Source: a virus
DNA: 64,000 bases
Direction: 5' to 3' (one strand)
Virus record (IMG/VR): IMGVR_UViG_3300009094_001034
Location: 33,174-97,173 of that record
Shown: piece by piece, positions 48,201 to 58,710 of the stretch
Position numbering within the stretch: position 1 is the stretch's first letter
How the letters are laid out: each line of letters starts with the position of its first letter
Notes under the pieces: model-generated
What the model saw: only the letters and a program-made list of their open reading frames with translations
Told to the model about the DNA's origin: nothing
The model's database searches: none
Position numbers and translations under genes: made by a program

Positions 48201-49089
48201 TCCGTGCGGCCCAACCTCCGGTCGTCGGCCACAGTGCACACATGTAATCGGAGGGGGCTTGTCACCAGTGGTCTCGCCCGTCGCCGCGTTCTCCTTCTGG
48301 AGCTGACGAACGATATTCCTGAGACCCCACATCTGCGCCCCGGCACGGTTCATAAATATCGGACTGTGCGGAGCCCACTCTTGCTCGACTTCTTTGAGGA
48401 GGGCTTCTTGTTCGGGCGTGAGGCTATCTGACATCAGGGGTGTGCGTTAGGGCTTCGCGCTGCGGTGGTGCGGATCTCGGGCAGGGCAGATTTGTACATA
48501 TTGGCGATGTCCGCTGCCCATGATGCGTGGTTTGGGCGGCAGTCCGGCGCTCGTATGGTGTGCGCGATCCTGTAGATGTCTCCAAAGAGCTTGCAGGCAG
48601 CTTGGTTCTTGTCGTTCATCGTCTCAAGCTCACCGTTGGCGGCGAGGTATTCGACTAGTGCGAGGGATTGATCCGACGTCAGGATCGTCGCAGCCTCGCG
48701 GTGCTCACGTGCGGCCTGCTGGTTCTCGCCGTCGATCTCGGAAAAGTGGCTCATACAGTACGGGCGTCACGTGCTCGTGCAGCGACGAGGGTCTGTTCAT
48801 CGCGCTGGATGGCCCACATCTCAACCGCGTCATACGCGTGCTCAATCGGCAGCCCGCGCTGCGCGGAGAGCGTGCGGGCGGTCTCTTCACCAGTCTTACT
48901 ATGAGCGTCGATCGTGGCGATAGCCGCTGCAAGGTCCGGCGTCAGGGTGATAGGAGGGTCCTCACACCCCTCGCACTCCGCAACCCAGCCCGCGACGCCA
49001 TACTGCACGCCACGTCGCGTGACGGTCCCGCACTTGCGGCAAGGCTTTGCCACGACGAGCGTATCGATGTCGCTGATCTCCATATCCAT
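45215..49089 (-). other. Cluster of small, often Cys-rich phage ORFs (45436-46152, 46149-46973, 46963-47301, 47298-47546, 47533-47895, 47867-48175, 48189-48434, 48434-48754, 48751-49089)
   Basis: Coupled overlaps downstream of the promoter at 49123-49151. Confidence 0.55.
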
Positions 49090-49229
49090 GCCGAGGGGGA
49101 TTACTGCTGAGGGGGTACCATCAAGCTACGCCTTTGCCGCTCAGTTGTGAAGGGAGGCAATGCACGACTTATCCACATTTTCGCGGACACGGAAAAGGGC
49201 GTCCGCATGCGCGGAGCGCCCCTTCGAAA

Positions 49230-52200
49230 TCAGAACAGGTTGAGCTGGTGGACGGGTGCTGTGATCGCCGGAATCGGCGGCAGAGGCATCTCGTCGGGTA
49301 CGGCCTCTATCAGTGCCGGAGTGCTCGGCGCTTCCGACTCGATGATGTCCGCGCGCACGATGCGCGGTCGTGTTGCAACTCGTCGCGCCACGTCGAGTTG
49401 CGCCGCGCTCGTCGCACGTTCGAGGATGTCCGCGACGGAGCGATAGCGCTGCTCCGCGTCGATGGCCTCCTTGAGTGCCTTGTACTTGGCGTTGCAGAGC
49501 TCGAGCATGTCGTCGTCGATGGTGCCGGAGGAGAGCACGATGTGCTCATGCACCTCTTTGAGCTGGCCAGGGCGGTGAATCCGGCCGCAGACCTGCGTCA
49601 GAGATTCCGGGCTCCACTCCACGGCGGCCACGATGATGTGGTTGGCGCCGGTGATGTTGAGACCGCGGCAGATCGCGCCCATGGATGCGAGAAGGACGGG
49701 CGTGGTGTCGTGGTTGAAGGTTTGCGTGATTGCGTGGCGATCATCCACCTTCGTTGAGGCGAGGATGGATGTGAACGCGATCTTTTCCGCACGCAGGCGA
49801 AGTGCAATTTCTCTCACCATGGGCCGGAGCGGCGAGGTCACGATGACCTTGTCCCCCTTCGCAATGATCTCGCGGACCAGCCGCATGATCGTGTCGAGCT
49901 TCGCCCAGGACGAACCCAGAGGGAGCACGGCGGAGCGCGGCCCGTCTTCGTACGCGAGATGTTCGGATGCAGTAGGAACCGAGGCGGCGAACCGCATGGC
50001 CCAGAGCGTCTGCGAGATGATCCCCATATTCACGTCCGCGCCCTGGTGCTGCGCGAGCTCGCGGTTGATCTTGTCGGTCGCCCATCCTTCCCAGGCGTCG
50101 TAGACGCGGCCTTGGTCGGCGCGCATCGGGACGGAATGGATGTGGCGCTGCTTCGGTGGGAGGACAGCCATCTCGCCATCGACGCGCCGCACCATGAACG
50201 GGGCCATCATGCGCGCGAAGAGATTGAGACTTGAGACTTCGGGGAGGAGCAGCGCCTTGCCCGTGTGGAGCGTGTCTTCGTACTCCTTCGTCACGAACTT
50301 GTACGTGGCGTAGCAGTCGAGGAATCGTTTTGCGCCTCCGCCATAGGAGTACGGGAACAGCGGGTTGTTCCATCGAAGAACGAACGACACGAGCCAAAAG
50401 AGGTCCGTGACGTAGCCCTTAAAAATGGTCGCGGTGAGGATGAGGAGCCCCTTCGATTTCATCGAGCGGAGCGCCTGCCCACGGAGGGACAACTTGCTCT
50501 TCGCGACCTGCGCTTCGTCGGCGATCACGCAAGGAAAGAGTTTCGAGAGTGCCTTGTAGCCGGGACGCTGTCGACGCTCACCGTTGTAGGTGTAGGCGAC
50601 GAACGAGCACGCACCGCACACCTGGCCGTTCCACTTCTCGGTATCGCTGCACTTCGGGCACTCCTTCACGGTGTTCTGGAAGGCCGCCCCGCAGTCGCAG
50701 GTCTCGGTTGTGATGTTGGCTGCTTCGTGGCGGACGTTGCCGTCCTTGTCGTACTTCACGCAACTCCACGGCGTGAAGGTTTTGGATCCATCGAGCGCGA
50801 GGAACTCGTACGACGTGATGTAGAACCCAGTCGGCTTCTCGCCACGCCGGATGCGTGCGCGCAGTTCTGCCACGCTGGTGTGTGTCGTGAGGCGGTGACC
50901 TTCCACGCCGAACTTCTGGCACTCCGCCATCCAGTTCTCGACGAGTCGCGATTCACACACCACGAGCACGCGCTTGTACTGCCGCGCGTTCGCCCATGCG
51001 ATCGAGCTGCAGGTCTTCCCACCGCCGACTTCCCAGCCGATGTAGGCGCGGGCCTTCGTGACGAGACGCGCGACGTCTTCCGCTTGGTAATCGAGGAGGA
51101 ATGGCGACTGCGCGGCGAGCAGTGCGCGGTTGCGTTCGACTTCCTGCGTCAGCAGGTCATCCACGTCCTCGATCTCGGGGAGCGGGAATGCGTTGAGGAA
51201 GACCGACACCGCGGCCTCGTCGATCTCCGGGACGTGGAACGTGCCGACGTCGGTCTCGACTTCGAGGAGCAGGTAGCCGCGCTCGATCTCGACTTTCGTG
51301 GTCTCGTCGCGTTTCTTCGCTTCGTTGTAGCTCGTCTCTTCCGAGGCGAGTTCCTTCTTGCGAATCCACGTGGGATGGACACGGTACTCGCGGCCGGCGC
51401 GCCACAACGTGGCCGTCGTTCCGTGCTCGGTGCCGAGCACGACGCTCCCCTCCTCCACGAGCACCGAGGCGGTGACGTCGGCGGTCGCGGTGTACGGCTT
51501 GTCGTCGAAGTAGCCGAGGAGTTGGTGCGCCTTCGGGCGGTAGAGCGGGATCGCCAGGCGGTCGTAGTGCTTGCGCTTCGTTTCGATCCGATCAGCGGTG
51601 CGCTTTGCGATATCGGGCGTGAAGCCGAGCGTGCGGAGCGCACGAATAGCAACGTCCCAGCCGCGCTTGATGAGCGCGGGAGTGGAACAGTACGCGTCGA
51701 TGATCCCCGTTGTGACGCCCTGCACGGGTGAGTACGCTGTGGCGCTCGCGTTCAGGAAGTCGAGCATGGCGCGGGCCGACAGGCTGCCGGTGACACCTTT
51801 CTCGGTGATCGTCACGTTCGTGTCGATCGGGAGCCGCACGAGGAGCCCGACCTGCGGAAGGTCGAGCGGCTTGGTCGCGGGGAGTTTCAGACCGTCGAGC
51901 CCTTCGAGCAACGCGGACGCGAGATCCGACGGGAACGATACGTTGCGCGTGTCGAGGCTGCGCAGTGTCGTCGCAATACGACGCTCGCGCGGGTCACGGT
52001 AGGCAGATCGGGTGGCGAGCACGAGGTCCACTTGGACATCGATCCCGTACTCATCCTGGAAGGCGTGCTCCAGTGTGATGCGCGAGCGGACGCTGTAGCT
52101 GTTGTACAGGTGCTGGCGGAGCGCCTCATCTTTCGCGTTGTCGAACGTGGACGTCGGGATGATTGCGACGAGCAGACCGCCATGAACGAGCGCACTCGTG

Positions 52201-52697
52201 CAGCACTCGATCGTGAACGCTTGAGATTCGACGGAACCGCGATCATTCACCGTGTCCCAGCGTTCGGTCTCGGGTAGTTTCCACCAGATGCCGAAGGGCG
52301 GGTTCACGACGACGACGTTCGCGCCTTCGTCATGGAGCTTGTTCTTGATCAGGTTCCGGTAGAGCAGGAGGTCACCGGCGCGGACATTGGCTGACGTCAG
52401 GTTCTTCTTCGCAACCGGGAGCGCGTCTTCGTCGAGCTCGATCCCGAGGACGTCATGGCCCGCCTGCTTGAACGGGAGAAGGAGCCGACCGGAGCCGCAC
52501 GTGGGGTCAAAGGCTGCGATGTGCGTCTCGGATGTATTGCGCGAGGCAATCGCGTCATAGATCGCCTGTGCGACAGCAGCGGGCGTGTAGTAGCTGCCAT
52601 GCGCGCTCGCGTTCCATCGTCGGAAGCCGAGTGCTCGGTTCGTATCTCTGCCGGAGAATGCAAGGTCCGGCGCGTCGTTCATCAATGCGTCGGACAT
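49230..52697 (-). CDS. Amino-methyltransferase fused to an SNF2-like helicase (DarB-like architecture)
   Basis: FDPTCGSG and NPPF; GWEVGGGKT, ADEAQ, LTAT, GLNIT and QVCGRIHRPGQ; zinc-finger insertion. Confidence 0.85.
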   Translation of the reverse strand: MSDALMNDAPDLAFSGRDTNRALGFRRWNASAHGSYYTPAAVAQAIYDAIASRNTSETHIAAFDPTCGSGRLLLPFKQAGHDVLGIELDEDALPVAKKNLTSANVRAGDLLLYRNLIKNKLHDEGANVVVVNPPFGIWWKLPETERWDTVNDRGSVESQAFTIECCTSALVHGGLLVAIIPTSTFDNAKDEALRQHLYNSYSVRSRITLEHAFQDEYGIDVQVDLVLATRSAYRDPRERRIATTLRSLDTRNVSFPSDLASALLEGLDGLKLPATKPLDLPQVGLLVRLPIDTNVTITEKGVTGSLSARAMLDFLNASATAYSPVQGVTTGIIDAYCSTPALIKRGWDVAIRALRTLGFTPDIAKRTADRIETKRKHYDRLAIPLYRPKAHQLLGYFDDKPYTATADVTASVLVEEGSVVLGTEHGTTATLWRAGREYRVHPTWIRKKELASEETSYNEAKKRDETTKVEIERGYLLLEVETDVGTFHVPEIDEAAVSVFLNAFPLPEIEDVDDLLTQEVERNRALLAAQSPFLLDYQAEDVARLVTKARAYIGWEVGGGKTCSSIAWANARQYKRVLVVCESRLVENWMAECQKFGVEGHRLTTHTSVAELRARIRRGEKPTGFYITSYEFLALDGSKTFTPWSCVKYDKDGNVRHEAANITTETCDCGAAFQNTVKECPKCSDTEKWNGQVCGACSFVAYTYNGERRQRPGYKALSKLFPCVIADEAQVAKSKLSLRGQALRSMKSKGLLILTATIFKGYVTDLFWLVSFVLRWNNPLFPYSYGGGAKRFLDCYATYKFVTKEYEDTLHTGKALLLPEVSSLNLFARMMAPFMVRRVDGEMAVLPPKQRHIHSVPMRADQGRVYDAWEGWATDKINRELAQHQGADVNMGIISQTLWAMRFAASVPTASEHLAYEDGPRSAVLPLGSSWAKLDTIMRLVREIIAKGDKVIVTSPLRPMVREIALRLRAEKIAFTSILASTKVDDRHAITQTFNHDTTPVLLASMGAICRGLNITGANHIIVAAVEWSPESLTQVCGRIHRPGQLKEVHEHIVLSSGTIDDDMLELCNAKYKALKEAIDAEQRYRSVADILERATSAAQLDVARRVATRPRIVRADIIESEAPSTPALIEAVPDEMPLPPIPAITAPVHQLNLF

Positions 52698-53200
52698 GGT
52701 GTCTCCGTTAGTTCGTTGATCCAGGTGGTCAGTTGGAAGTGGTGATCTACAGCGAAAGCCGAGACGCCGCTGTTGCCGCTATCTCGGTACTCCTGCAGGC
52801 CGATGTTGTAGCGAAGCCCGGGCGCGTAGTTCTTGGGCTGCTGGTAGGCGGAGATAAGCGCGCGTGTCGCGTCGACCTGCGGCGCGTGGTGTGCGAGGAG
52901 CAGCCGAAGCGATCCTTCGGTGCTCGCGCCGACGAACAGCCGGGTCTCATTGGAGCCGTCGAAAAAGCCCGGCTTCCAGGCGGTGTAGATCTTCCCCTCG
53001 GCGCCTTTCGTCGTGACGATCTCCCAGTTCTTCTCGGGAAGGTCGTCTTTCGTTAACGCCGCACGTCCGAACACCTGCACGAAGAGGAACTTGTCGTACC
53101 GGATCGTGTAGGCCCGCAGGAGGAAGAACGACTTCCCGTTGATGCGGATGTACTTCGTGCCTTCGACCTCAAACGGTCGCATGGAGTCCTCCTTCGGCAT
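52682..53200 (-). CDS. Hypothetical protein coupled to the MTase-helicase
   Basis: Overlaps the downstream start. Confidence 0.55.
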   Translation of the reverse strand: MPKEDSMRPFEVEGTKYIRINGKSFFLLRAYTIRYDKFLFVQVFGRAALTKDDLPEKNWEIVTTKGAEGKIYTAWKPGFFDGSNETRLFVGASTEGSLRLLLAHHAPQVDATRALISAYQQPKNYAPGLRYNIGLQEYRDSGNSGVSAFAVDHHFQLTTWINELTETPCPTH

Positions 53201-53294
53201 GGCGTAGGGGTGAATGGATGCGCCAGGACGGCGCGGTGTGAAGGGACGAGCCGCTATGGCTCGTAGGGAAGATGCGGACGCGCGGAGAAGGGCG

Positions 53295-53528
53295 TCAACG
53301 CGGATCTTCGGGAGTGATGGATGGCGGCACTGACTGCTCGGTGAGGATCTTCACAAGCATGGCCTCGTAGACCTGTGCAGCGGCTTCGTGCGTTTCGGCG
53401 AGGGCGGTTACCTGCTTACCCCAGTAGCCGGTCGGATCCACCGTCGAGCGGCGCGCACGGGCAGCACGAGCACGGAGAGTCTCAGCGTTTTCCGAGAGCC
53501 ACGTTGGCAGGAGATAGCTGCCGGTCAT
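53295..53528 (-). CDS. Hypothetical protein
   Basis: ATGA overlap with the upstream ORF. Confidence 0.45.
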   Translation of the reverse strand: MTGSYLLPTWLSENAETLRARAARARRSTVDPTGYWGKQVTALAETHEAAAQVYEAMLVKILTEQSVPPSITPEDPR

Positions 53529-54061
53529 CCTTCGGTGCGGACAGCGCCGCGATCAACGAGTGACAGGCCGCGAGTTTCACGGGCTTCCGCGCAGCTAGCG
53601 CAGAGCACCATGTCGTCGTTGTAGGCGTGAACATCGGAGCGGCCGCAATCTTCGCAATGCTCCGTGTGGTCGCACTCGCCTTCACCGTCGATCTCCGCCA
53701 GCATTGGCAAGGCGCTATCGGTGCAGAAGAGGCGGTCACATTCCGCACATTCACCGCTCTCTGTTTTCGCGTACGAACCGTCGCACGGCGTGTCCCAAGG
53801 GTCGGTACCTGGGTGCTCATCTTGGATGACCGCCACCGTTCGCGGGTCGCAGTGGAGCGGCAGGGTCCTGTCTTCCGCCGTGGGGACAAAGAATCCCTTA
53901 GCGGCCACGCGGCCCGCGTATTCGCTGGGCAGAAAGTTCTTATGCGAAGTGCCACGATCGTTGGCGAAAGACACCGCCGCGGCGTACGCCTCGTTCCGCT
54001 CTGCGAGGGTCAGGTGCTTCTCGGCGTAGAAGGCGGCGACGTCGGAGTTGTACTGCGGCAT
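53525..54061 (-). CDS. Cys-rich hypothetical protein
   Basis: Several CxxC pairs. Confidence 0.5.
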   Translation of the reverse strand: MPQYNSDVAAFYAEKHLTLAERNEAYAAAVSFANDRGTSHKNFLPSEYAGRVAAKGFFVPTAEDRTLPLHCDPRTVAVIQDEHPGTDPWDTPCDGSYAKTESGECAECDRLFCTDSALPMLAEIDGEGECDHTEHCEDCGRSDVHAYNDDMVLCASCAEARETRGLSLVDRGAVRTEG

Positions 54062-54247
54062 GAGAGATGAGGTAGAGATTGAGGGGCGGGTCTACGAGAG
54101 GAGCGCAGTGAGGCCTGGGATGAGGAGCAGTCCGGCGATGTAGAGGAGGGTGTTCACGTGGGCGGGGTTACTCGTGGGGACACACTCAAGATACTCCTCT
54201 CACACAACAGTGCAAGCCGATCGTCAACAATCCGTGCACAAAATCGC

Positions 54248-54781
54248 CTATAGCGTCGAGAATGGCATCTGCTCGCGACGTTTTGACAGCACGAATTCCT
54301 TTGCCTGTTGCAAACCTAGCTTCGTCTTAGGGAAAAGCCGTTCATGGCGCACGCCATCGACAGTGATCGTTGCGCGGTAACGCCAGCCGCTTCCGTAGCG
54401 GCGAACAATCACATTGAGGATGCCGAGGGCGTTATTGCGCTGAGCGGCAATCCGGTTCTGGTTGTTTTGCGACTGAGTGGCGATTCGTAGATTCGCCTTC
54501 CGATTGTCGAGCGTGTCATGGTTGATGTGGTCGACATGCAGACCCTTTGGAGCGTTCGTGACGAGCCGGTGCAGGAGGATCGTGCGGTGTCCATCCCGCG
54601 CGGACGTGCGCGCGAAAGCATAGAAGCTGGGCCCCTTGCTCTGCTTCATGGCGAGCCAGTTGAGTGGCTTCACCAGCGGATAGTCCTCAGCATCGATGAG
54701 CGTTTCGCGCCCGTTGGTGAGGGGTACTGCAAGCGTGTCCGAACCGATGCGTCGTACCGGGCTTCGAGGCTGTGCGCGCAC
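54248..54781 (-). CDS. HNH homing endonuclease (HNH_3 plus AP2-like domain)
   Basis: LHRLVT..VDHINHDTLDNRKANLRIATQSQNNQN; YRATITVDG. Confidence 0.9.
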   Translation of the reverse strand: MRAQPRSPVRRIGSDTLAVPLTNGRETLIDAEDYPLVKPLNWLAMKQSKGPSFYAFARTSARDGHRTILLHRLVTNAPKGLHVDHINHDTLDNRKANLRIATQSQNNQNRIAAQRNNALGILNVIVRRYGSGWRYRATITVDGVRHERLFPKTKLGLQQAKEFVLSKRREQMPFSTL

Positions 54782-54851
54782 AATGGGGCGGGCTAGGTAG
54801 TGGCAACAAAACCGTAGCACCCCGGCGGCAATTTTCAACCCCAACGAAGAG

Positions 54852-55124
54852 TCACATGATCTCGTCGGGAGCAAGGCTTCTGGACGCGATCTCTGCGAGG
54901 TTCGTGTCTCCGGCCGTAAGGATGTCGAGCACTGTGCGGCGCTTCTCCGGCGTCATCGTCGGGAGCGCCATCATCAGACTGCGCTTCGTCTCCGCGCGGA
55001 TCGCCATCGAACACGCGACAGCCGCTCGAAACGCTCTGTCCTGCTCACTCTCTACGGGGATATCCATGATCTCCCGGACCTCGTACTGCGGGACGCTGGG
55101 ACGCTTCACCTCACGAGAAGACAT
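54852..55124 (-). CDS. Hypothetical protein
   Basis: Co-oriented ORF. Confidence 0.45.
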   Translation of the reverse strand: MSSREVKRPSVPQYEVREIMDIPVESEQDRAFRAAVACSMAIRAETKRSLMMALPTMTPEKRRTVLDILTAGDTNLAEIASRSLAPDEIM

Positions 55125-55217
55125 CCCCCCGAACGAGAGGATGCTTGGGGACTTCCGCCGGGTCTTCTCCTTCTAGTGGTAGTCGATGCGCTATCGCATC
55201 GCCGCTTGAAACCTGCC

Positions 55218-56507
55218 TCATTTCGAGGGAGGGAGCAAGGCTATGTGCTTCGTCTGAGTCCCGCTATGCGTGCGCCCGGTGACAACCGTGAGGAGCGGCG
55301 CCGAGATGCGTGCGGCTAGGTGTGCGTAGAGGGGCGTCCCGTTCGCGGTCGGCAGGTTCTTTAGGAAGTGCTCGCGGGTCCAGACTTCACAACGCGGCTC
55401 GTCGCCGAGATGGAAGTCCGAGGCGAGGGCGGTCACCATCAGGCCCGTCCCCTTTCCCTTCGTGAGATCCGCGATCACGTCCTGGACGAGACGTGCGTGC
55501 GCTGCGGTCGCGCAGTAGAAGATGACGCGAACACTCTTGAGGTCGGGATTGCCCACAGGCACCTTGATGCCGTCGATGCCGTGGAGCTTGAAGAGCTTGA
55601 GGTAGTTCGTCACCTTCTGCTCGATCTTCGCGCGGCCGGATGCTCCGGTCTCGGCCTCAATGGCGTAGCCGTCGTTCGCCAGATCGAAGTAGAAGTCCGG
55701 CTCGATGATGACGTTCTTCGTCTTGTAGCCGCCGTGGCCATCCGGGATCTGATTTCCCCCGCTATCGAGGACGTACTCCTCGAACGAGAAGTTCACCTGT
55801 CCGTCCGGCAGCGGGTGGCCGATCTCGAGGCCGCGTGTTCGTGCGCCGAACCAGAGGATGGCGAGGAGTTGCGAGCAGAGCACGCGGTGCTCCACGCCGG
55901 AGATCTCCGTTGAGACGAATTTGATCCCGAGGTCCGAGTTGTTGTGGATCACGCGCTTCACCTGGTCGGCGTCGAAGCCGAGCGATGTCATCGTGGAGAT
56001 CACGAGCTCGCGGATGTCCGCGGTGTTCTCGATGAGGCGCTCCCACTCCTCGTCCGTGACGTCGCGCCGGCGCATGTGCAGTTCGCCGAGCGCGGACGCC
56101 TTGCCGTCCTCGATGCTGTACACCGGCCACTCGGAGCCCTTCACGTAGCGGCCCTTCGGGTCGAACTTCGAGACGTAGCCTTTGTCCCAGAGGAGCTTGA
56201 ATCGCTTCGCCACGTTCGCCATCCCGGTCTCGGGCTGCTTTGGCGCGTTCGCCCCCTTCACCGGGAGTGGTGTCTCGGTGAAGGAGTACGCGGTGAGGTA
56301 CAGGGCCTGCGCTTTCGCCCATCCCCACAGGAAGAGATCGGAGAGCATGCGCCCCTCGCGCTCGGTCGGCGTGACACGCAGCGTCGCGCGCTCCGCACGA
56401 TCGGCGCGCTGGAAGCGCTTCCGTTTCGCGGGATTCGTTCGTTTCTGATCTGGTAGCGGTAGCGGCGTGTCGGACACGAGGTGGAGCGGAAGGGTCGGAC
56501 TCGTCAT
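55218..56507 (-). CDS. Replication-relaxation (Replic_Relax-like) protein, putative relaxase
   Basis: wHTH-like N-terminus (TEREGRML, RFKLLWDKGYV); VEHRV; IEPDFYF..YAIEAETG...KIEQKVTNY. Confidence 0.65.
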   Translation of the reverse strand: MTSPTLPLHLVSDTPLPLPDQKRTNPAKRKRFQRADRAERATLRVTPTEREGRMLSDLFLWGWAKAQALYLTAYSFTETPLPVKGANAPKQPETGMANVAKRFKLLWDKGYVSKFDPKGRYVKGSEWPVYSIEDGKASALGELHMRRRDVTDEEWERLIENTADIRELVISTMTSLGFDADQVKRVIHNNSDLGIKFVSTEISGVEHRVLCSQLLAILWFGARTRGLEIGHPLPDGQVNFSFEEYVLDSGGNQIPDGHGGYKTKNVIIEPDFYFDLANDGYAIEAETGASGRAKIEQKVTNYLKLFKLHGIDGIKVPVGNPDLKSVRVIFYCATAAHARLVQDVIADLTKGKGTGLMVTALASDFHLGDEPRCEVWTREHFLKNLPTANGTPLYAHLAARISAPLLTVVTGRTHSGTQTKHIALLPPSK

Positions 56508-58327
56508 GCGGTCTCCGGCGCCGGCGCGTCAACCTTCTTCTTCCGGACGGGTTTCTTCTTCTCGACGGTGCCCGGCGCGGATGCGGCCTGGGGCGCCGGC
56601 TCGGCTTTCACCTTCGGCGGGAGCACGATGAACGGAAGGGCAGGACGTGGCGATCCCTTCTTGCTGTACGTGGCGTACTGGGTCTCGCGGGTGTGCTCGG
56701 CGTAGCAGGTGTTGCTCGTGGGCGGGCAGTGGCGGTGCTGCACGAGCACAGGGCGCCCTCGCTGGAGCGACACGTAGAACGCCGCACCGCGTTCGAGTTG
56801 CATGAGGTGGCGCGCGAAGATCTGGACCTGCTCGTGGACACTGACGCGTTCCCGCCCCCGACTTACAACGTGGCTGCGACCGCGGGAGTGCGCAACGCCT
56901 TCGGTATCGCTCTCGGACTCGCTCGTATCCTCGCCGTACGTCTCGGCGGGCGCATCGCGAACGACGTGGCGTTCCGCGCGTTCGGGACCCTCCACGCGAT
57001 AGGTGACAACCTGCTCGTGCTGGTTCGTGCCGGAACCGGATGACGTCTTGTAGCCCTGCGAGCGACTGGTCGACGTTCCGCGCGACTGCGTTTCTCCTTC
57101 GGACTCCTGCTCGGATGCGGTCTCCGTGGCGAGGAGCATCCCTTCGGGGTTTGCGTCGTGGATGAGCCACGCGGAGCGCTCCGCGTCGTCCTTCGACCCC
57201 GGCCGGAAAAGAACCTTCACGTCCATGACCGCCGCGATCGAGTCGTAGTGCATCCCGCGTTCGCCGATCTGGTTCGCGGACTGAAACAGGAACCAGTGGT
57301 AGTCGGCGCGGTTCCTGGCGTTCGCGAGGCCGGCGACGTAGAGCGCGGCGTTCATCCCTTCCTGCTCATCGATGACGACGAGCGAGGGGTCGAAGCGCGG
57401 GCCGTGATCGGTACGGATCGCGCGCCGGGACGCGATGTGCGCATGACGCAGCCCATAGAAGATGCGACGCAGGTTCGCCGACGTGGTGGGGTCTTCGTGC
57501 GCGGACTCGATGATGAGGATGCCGCCGCGATCATGGAACGCGCCATAGTCGAATGCATCGCGGTTGAAGAGGTGCGCGCAGTCCTTCCAGAGCCACTGGA
57601 AGTGACGGAGCGTCGAACCCGCGAGCCGCTCGAACTCTTGGAGCCGCGAACCCGCCATCCGGTACAAGCCCTCGATGACTTCGATCTCCTGGTCGAGCCG
57701 TCTCCCATCGGTCTTCGCCGCGGCACAGTCGGCGTGGCGGAACCGCTCGATCTCTTGCAGCACGCCGAGCCACGCGAAGGGGTGCATGCCGTCGAGAATC
57801 AGCGACAGTTCCTCGGGCGGACGGTGCGCCGCGACGAGGCAGGTCAGCGCTGCACGCCCGTACTTGTGGACGAGCTTGAAGTCCTCCGATCCTTCCGTCG
57901 TATGCGCGAGCGTCCCCATGATGGTGTCCACGCGCTCGGCGTAGGTTTCACGCCGCATCTGCCCATCGCGACCGGGCTTCTCCCGGAGCTTCAGCAGGTC
58001 GATCGAGAGCCCCGATGCATCTTCCGCGGAGAGCTTGAGAAACAGCACGCGGTCGAGGAGGACATGGCGTGGGATCCCCGGCACATCGGCGCGGTAGTGC
58101 TCTTCCACGAGTTGCTCGTAGAGCGTGTTCGCGAGCGTGCCCACGCCGTCGAGAATGAGCATCGGGAGATTCGGTCGTTGCCATGCGAGGAAGGCGAGCG
58201 CGAGCCGAGCCGCCGTGGTCTTCCCGCTCTCGCCGGCGCCCTCGAAGAGCGTGTGCGTGAGCATGCGGTCGGGGTTGCGCCAGAACTCGCCGGTCCGCGT
58301 TTTCCCCACGTAGAAGTCGCGGTTCAC
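56504..58327 (-). CDS. VirD4/TraD-like type IV coupling ATPase
   Basis: HTLFEGAGESGKT (Walker A), ILDGVG, VIDEQ (Walker B), ARNR...FQSANQ, VLFRP and an S/T/E-rich segment; GGAGG RBS. Confidence 0.75.
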   Translation of the reverse strand: MNRDFYVGKTRTGEFWRNPDRMLTHTLFEGAGESGKTTAARLALAFLAWQRPNLPMLILDGVGTLANTLYEQLVEEHYRADVPGIPRHVLLDRVLFLKLSAEDASGLSIDLLKLREKPGRDGQMRRETYAERVDTIMGTLAHTTEGSEDFKLVHKYGRAALTCLVAAHRPPEELSLILDGMHPFAWLGVLQEIERFRHADCAAAKTDGRRLDQEIEVIEGLYRMAGSRLQEFERLAGSTLRHFQWLWKDCAHLFNRDAFDYGAFHDRGGILIIESAHEDPTTSANLRRIFYGLRHAHIASRRAIRTDHGPRFDPSLVVIDEQEGMNAALYVAGLANARNRADYHWFLFQSANQIGERGMHYDSIAAVMDVKVLFRPGSKDDAERSAWLIHDANPEGMLLATETASEQESEGETQSRGTSTSRSQGYKTSSGSGTNQHEQVVTYRVEGPERAERHVVRDAPAETYGEDTSESESDTEGVAHSRGRSHVVSRGRERVSVHEQVQIFARHLMQLERGAAFYVSLQRGRPVLVQHRHCPPTSNTCYAEHTRETQYATYSKKGSPRPALPFIVLPPKVKAEPAPQAASAPGTVEKKKPVRKKKVDAPAPETA

Positions 58328-58710
58328 CACGCACCTCCCTGCCAGTTCGGACGGTCCTTCTCGTCCGCGCGTTCGCGTTCGCGCTCCATGGTCCGGATGC
58401 GCTCTTCCGCGATCCGGAGACGTTCGCGCAGCGTCGCGAGCGCCTCGTTCGCGATCTTCACTTCGGCCTGCGCTTTCTGCACGGCGGCCGTCTGCGCGGG
58501 GTCGACCGGACGGCTGCGCCGCTTCATCGCGAAGATCTTCTCGTCCATCTCTGCGAGCGCGAGGTCGCGCTGCTTCAGCAGGACTTCCATGCGCGCACTC
58601 GCGAGCATCGGCGCGAAGGGCAGCATGGCCTCGAGCACCGCAAGTTCGAGGTCGGCCGCGGCTTCCCTCCGGGCGAGTTCCTCGGGTGGGATGTAGGGCG
58701 TGACGGTCAT
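58324..58710 (-). CDS. Coiled-coil hypothetical protein
   Basis: Coupled to the coupling-protein gene. Confidence 0.6.
   Translation of the reverse strand: MTVTPYIPPEELARREAAADLELAVLEAMLPFAPMLASARMEVLLKQRDLALAEMDEKIFAMKRRSRPVDPAQTAAVQKAQAEVKIANEALATLRERLRIAEERIRTMERERERADEKDRPNWQGGAW

Noticed and set aside
4812-58696. Long antisense ORFs (e.g. 4812-6482+, 7434-8813+, 16985-18220+, 21132-23030-, 50265-51731+, 57158-58696+)
   Set aside because: These are shadow frames of real genes, expected with high GC3; they show no recognisable motifs.
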